A stretch of 64,000 bases of DNA from Azolla caroliniana (Eukaryota > Plantae > Polypodiophyta). Each line of letters begins with the position of its first letter. Positions within the stretch are counted from its first letter, which is position 1. The notes under the pieces were generated by a model. It was not told the DNA's origin. It did no database searches and saw only the letters and a list, made by a program, of their open reading frames with translations. The stretch spans positions 12,524,001 through 12,588,000 of the forward strand of contig JBHGNT010000008.1 of assembly GCA_043228905.1 (NCBI GenBank), written 5' to 3'. Shown piece by piece: positions 58,851 through 64,000 of the stretch. The translations under genes were made by a program, and so were the position numbers.

Positions 58851-59650
58851 CCTTTCTCTTTAAGATTATATTTTCATGTTTATTCTTATTGCATATATTG
58901 TTTCATACATAAAAGCTCAAAATGAGCGAGATGTTTATCATGCATCACATGTAATGCATGAACGCCAAATGGCGATCATGCATCACATGCATTTCATGCA
59001 CTACATGCATGACTTGTACCCTCTAATGCATCATATGCATGGGGGCACCTATTTAAATGGTGAAAGAGAAGATCAAAGGGAGATATGTATGAGATATCAA
59101 TCAAATTATGTATTACATAAGAGATATCATAAAAATAGAGAAAGAAGGGAAGAAGTTGAACATAAACATGGAGCTCTAGCTTGGCGGTCGTGGTGGTCAA
59201 CTCTCAACAAGAGGGAGGCGGTTCGAGCCTTATCTTCATCAAAATATTGAAGTGAAGATTGTAGTGGTCTACGATCAAGAAAGAGAAGAGCGATTACCTT
59301 GCAAGACAAAGTTCAGAGGTTCAACGACGTGCACAATCATTTTGTAACTCTTTCATGAAAATGATTATAAATTTCATACACTTTCTCATATATTATTTTA
59401 TATATTATCTTGTCTTATCTTATATTCCTTAAAAATCCTGTTTTGTCATATCTTATTGATCTCTATTAACTCCATCTGTACTCTTTCGTCTCTTCCATCC
59501 ATAATCCTAGTGATTCCTTCCTCACTTTCACGTTATCCTTTGTGTGCGCAACGCTACGCTTCTAGGCGAGCCACGTCACGACACAATTTGGTGAACCCGA
59601 CGTGAAATAGGGAAGTAGAAGAGACATCTAAAGTCAACATCAACATCAAC

Positions 59651-61825
59651 ATGGCAAGTACGAGTACAATGGATCCGGTAAGGTTGTTTATTGAAAAATT
59701 GAATCAAGATCAATTATTTCATGCCTTACGAGAAGTTCGAGAGAAGATTGGTGTGTTTGATGGTACAAATATTTCAAAGTATGTCAATATATATTATGAT
59801 GAAATGGAAATGTTTGGTGTGAATGATGTCAATATGATAACAAACTTTTATAAACTAGCGGAAATGGAATTAAGAGATAGAATTCGTGAAATACAAGCAT
59901 TACATAATTTGGATTGGAATGCATTCAAAGAAGCGCTTGTGTCTGAATATTCTCGTGAAGATTTCTCTCGAGTTACTATGCGTTCATTTCATGAATGGAT
60001 CTTAAAAGAAGATAAAGGGTTATTTATGGCTGACACAAAAAAAGAGTTTGATAGGATGTATGGACACTTAAAGCCAGAAGAAAGAAATTCTTTGTCTTGG
60101 TAAAAGGTTGCTTTGTTTTTGCAGGCAGTTGACAAGAGATATAGAAAGGAATTGGAATTTATGCTTGAAGTGCCAAATACCGAGGATGGTATAAAGGCAG
60201 ATTGGAATGAGGTAACAAATGCTTGTAATAAATTTATGAAAAGAATGCAAAGGAATGGTGTATTGCTACAAATACCACATGTGGGAATCATGAATCGGCT
60301 TGGTCAAAACATCGAAGTTCAAAGACATGGTCGAGAACCATCACATGAAATGGTCCATCAACCACGAGAAATGATCGAAACTAAGAGTGAGTCTTTGCTT
60401 GATGATTTAGTTCAAAGTATGAAAGATCTAACAATTAAAGTGGCAAAGCTTGAGAATGGTCAAACTTCGAGGTCAAGGGAACCATTTCGACCTCGATGCA
60501 TGTGGTGTGATAGCCTCGAACATCGATTACGTGATTGTGCGGAATATAAAGACATGGAAAATCGAGACTTGGTGTATTGGAAAAATGGTAACATTTATTT
60601 AACTACGACTAGAAGTCCACTTACAAAGAACTTTGGTGATGGTGGTGTTAAGGTTAAATTTGAAGAAGCTGAAGCAAAGAAGGCTTCCGCAATGTACTAC
60701 TCGGCAACGGTAGGAATGCGCCTCGATGACATGCCATCCCGATCATCATTCTGGGAGAAGGTTGTAAGTACCGTACAAAAGCAAAAGATGAAGACGGAAG
60801 ACCTTCGTGTTGCCGGAGATTCTGTAAGGAAAAACACTGGATGGGATGTTCCAGTAGATGCTATGACGGTTTATGCTCAGATGGCAGAACACCAAGAGCA
60901 TGAGGTGATAGTGGAAGAAAAAAGGAAAAGGATGGATGATGGGATTGGCTCAACAAAAAAGCATGAGACAAGAGACAGCAAAAGAAAAGAGATGGACACA
61001 AAGGTCGAAAAAGGTAAATCTGGTACTTCATTCAAATTAATGTCTGATATTGAAAAGGATACAGATTTAAAGAAAGTTTTAGAAACAAGAATACTAGACA
61101 GTCGAGTAGAATTTACACTAAGAGAAGTGTTAGGTATTGCGAAAAAGGAATTTCATGATGAAATAATTGATATTGTGCGAAGAAAGAAGCAAGTAAATGA
61201 ACAGGTTAAAGAGACAAATCCGAAGGTGGCATATGAAGTGGTGAGCAACGAGTCAAACAATATCGTTGTTGACTCTCAACATGCATCCACCTCAATGATA
61301 AATTCAACAGATGTAAGAAGCCATTACTCTCGCAAATGTTGGGCAAGAGCCACTACTGAGCATCATGTGAAGATTGGAAATGTTCCAGACCCCGTGATGG
61401 CACTTATTGATCATGGTTCTAAAAGAAATATAATGAGTGCTCATTTTTATAGGAAAGGTAGATGGCCAATTGATACTCAACATGGTTGGTGGGTAAAAGC
61501 TGCCACAATAGTCACGGAAGACTTATTTGGTGCATGCCCAAATGTAAAGGTTATTATTGGTGATATAGAGGTAGATCAACATTTCTTTGTGCAGGAAGGA
61601 TCTACCTATCCAATAATCTTGGGGCAACCATACATTACAGCGGTACGGATGGAGACCAAAGTCCTCGACAATGGTTCTGCCTATGCGAAAATCCGTAGCC
61701 AAGACGGACGACGAACTGTACAATTTATGACAGTTCGCCCAAATCATGAGAGGAACAAGCAAGAGCTTCGTGATCATTCAATACCAAAAGACTGTGATTA
61801 TTTTGATAATCAGGTTTTTTACTAG
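59651..61825 (+). pseudogene. Gypsy gag-protease ORF with one in-frame stop (60101-60103)
   Basis: FDGTNISKY, CMWCDSLEHRLRDC knuckle, protease ALIDHGS and IILGQPY. Confidence 0.85.
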
Positions 61826-64000
61826 GACTGTTGCGAGTGAGGATTGCAATAGTCCCATTATTAAAAGACCCTCATATAGGGCATTACAACATATGAATAA
61901 GTCATTTCATGTTTCTGAAAGTGGTGCTATATGTGTGACTAGGATGTATGAATGCAAGAGGAACTTGAAAAAGAATGCTAATCTGTTTCAGCAGGCATTG
62001 AAGGATAATGGAGTACTTGAAATGGAAGAGCAGATTGAAAGTGTTATGGAAGAAATTTCTTTTGCAAATACTTTAGAAGAGTTAGAAATGTATTTGAAAG
62101 AAGATGATGAGAATGTTAGAAAGATACATGTAAACTCAATTGATATGTATTATGAGATTGATAGGTATAATTGTAAATATGAAGAAGTAGAAAGTTTATG
62201 TAATACAAAATACAAAACAATAGATAAAAAGGTCAAACCTGCTGCAGTACCATTACCTATTGGTAGTGAAGAGAAGATGGAGGCAGCAGCAACCGAGCCT
62301 ATGCTTCGACCAATAGAGAAGATCGGACATCACTTCACTTCGGAGACAATAAATAACTTGAGAATTAGAAGGGCTGAATTTCTTCTGCAATCAGAGATCG
62401 CGACTTTCAAAGAAATGATCTTTAGGCATGGGAAAGCGTTCGCATTCAAAGCTGAGGAGATTGGTTGTGTAAATCCAAAGGTGGTGACGCCAATGGTAAT
62501 ATTTACTATCCCTCATATTCCTTGGAATTTTAAACCTATTGCAGTACCGAGAGCTCGATTACCTCAATTGTTGGAGTTGCTGAAGGATAAAGTCAAGATG
62601 AAGATTTTAGAGCCTTCAAATGCACCATACTCCAATAGATGGTTCACAGTTCCAAAGGAAGATGGTTCTCTAAGATTCATTCAAGATCTACAACCAGTCA
62701 ACAAAGTCACAATCCGAAATACGGGAATCGGACCGATTGTTGATGAATTTGCGGAAGCGTTTGCTGGAACAACGATTTACTCTATGGGAGACCTATATTC
62801 AGGATACGACCAATTTCAACTAGCAATTGATAGTCGCAACATCACAACAATGAAAACACCAATTGGGTTGGTTCGAATGTGCACTCTACCTCAAGGTGCG
62901 ACGAATTCGGTTGCTCATATGATGAATGCAATGAACAAAGTTCTACATGAATACATCCCAAAGGTAACTATGCCATTTTTAGATGATATTCCTATTAAGG
63001 GATGCTTAGAAAGAGAGAAAGATGAGACTATGGTTGGAAATGGTTGCAGAAAGTTTGTGATGGATCACATTAATGACTGTGAAAGTATTTTAAATAAGCT
63101 TGAGCAGGTACATTTGACACTATCAGGAACAAAGTCTTGCTTTGGGCAAAACGAAGTTCTAATAGTTGGTCATATGTGTGGGTGGTATGGGAGGAAGCCT
63201 TCACCGATCAAAATTAACGCAATACAAAATATGAAGGAAGTTTGCGACTCGGTAACAGAGGTGAGAAGATTTTTGGGTGCATGTGTGTTTTATCATATTT
63301 GGTTACCACACTTTGCACATGTCTCAGATCCTCTCTACCAACTTTTAAGAAAAGGAAAGAAATTTATTTGGACTGATGAACATACACAAGTTGTTCAACA
63401 GCTGAAAGAAGCATTACTGAAAGCACCAGTTCTTCGTCAACCAGACTACAAAGGTGAAAGACCAATTATAGTGACAGTTGATACTAGCCCAATCGGGATC
63501 GGTTGGGTTATCAACCAAGAAGATGAAGACCAACATCGATATGCTATCAGATTTGGAGCAAAGATATTAAATGAAAGACAAAGAAACTATGCACAAGTTA
63601 AACGAGAATTGTGGGGTTTGCTTACTGCATTAAAAACAGATAGAGATTACTTGATCGGAGCAGATGTAGTGGTTGAAACAGATTGTTTGCCACTCATTGG
63701 AATGATAGCAAGTTGCACGACACCAGATATTGCAATGCTTCGGTGGATTGCATACATCAGAACCATGAACCCAGAATTGCGGCATATAAAGGGGAAAGAC
63801 AACCCAGTTGCAGATATGCTGTCAAGGGCAAGGTTCATAAATGAAAAGGTGGTGCAAACTGAAGATATGAACTGGGCAACTACAAGCCATCAATTTGCTC
63901 ATCAAGAATCTATTACGCCTCATGATGAGTTTAATGTAAGTATAATGTTCAAAGACACAGATTATGAAGGTCAATGGTTAGAAATAGGAAATTTTCTAAA
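61731..64000 (+). CDS. Gypsy pol (RT-RNase H), open to window end, in the +1 frame relative to gag-PR
   Basis: YKTIDKKVKP, LRFIQDLQPVN, DLYSGYDQ, LPQGATNS, PFLDD, VTVDTS, KRELWG, VADMLSR; no stop seen after 61730. Confidence 0.85.

Larger units (their letters stand above)
58463..64000 (+). mobile_element. Ty3/Gypsy element with tRNA-Trp PBS, runs off window
   Basis: 5' LTR 58463-59583 (TGTTGTGA...TCACGACA), PBS TGGTGAACCCGACGTGAA (59589-59606), gag-PR followed by RT-RNase H. Confidence 0.92.

Overview
Repeat-rich land-plant nuclear DNA. TE families, TTTAGGG-type motifs and long TE-filled introns suggest a seed-free plant such as a fern (inference). One intact host gene was reconstructed by hand: a divergent retromer subunit VPS26 on the minus strand (11 coding exons, 13075-34216, 300 aa, all GT-AG). 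Its 12-kb intron 5 holds a tandem train of (TC)n-associated LINEs and two hAT-type MITEs. The rest is nested retroelements: a decayed Ty3/Gypsy with a large extra ORF downstream of integrase (2003-11694), a decayed Copia ~260 bp upstream of the VPS26 start (34477-39530), an L1-type LINE, a PPR fragment next to Helitron-like ends, and a multi-layer nest (47.4-64 kb). That nest includes a young intact Tnt1-like Copia (52081-57569) and a Gypsy with a tRNA-Trp PBS running off the window. Most notable: antisense tRNA-like Pol III A/B-box modules in two LTRs of similar architecture, microsatellite-targeted LINE stacking, the Gypsy extra ORF, CCGG enrichment and a 4-bp TSD in the young Copia, and a G_GTT_TTT junction between gag-PR and RT frames. 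All assignments come from manual reading; no database searches were run.
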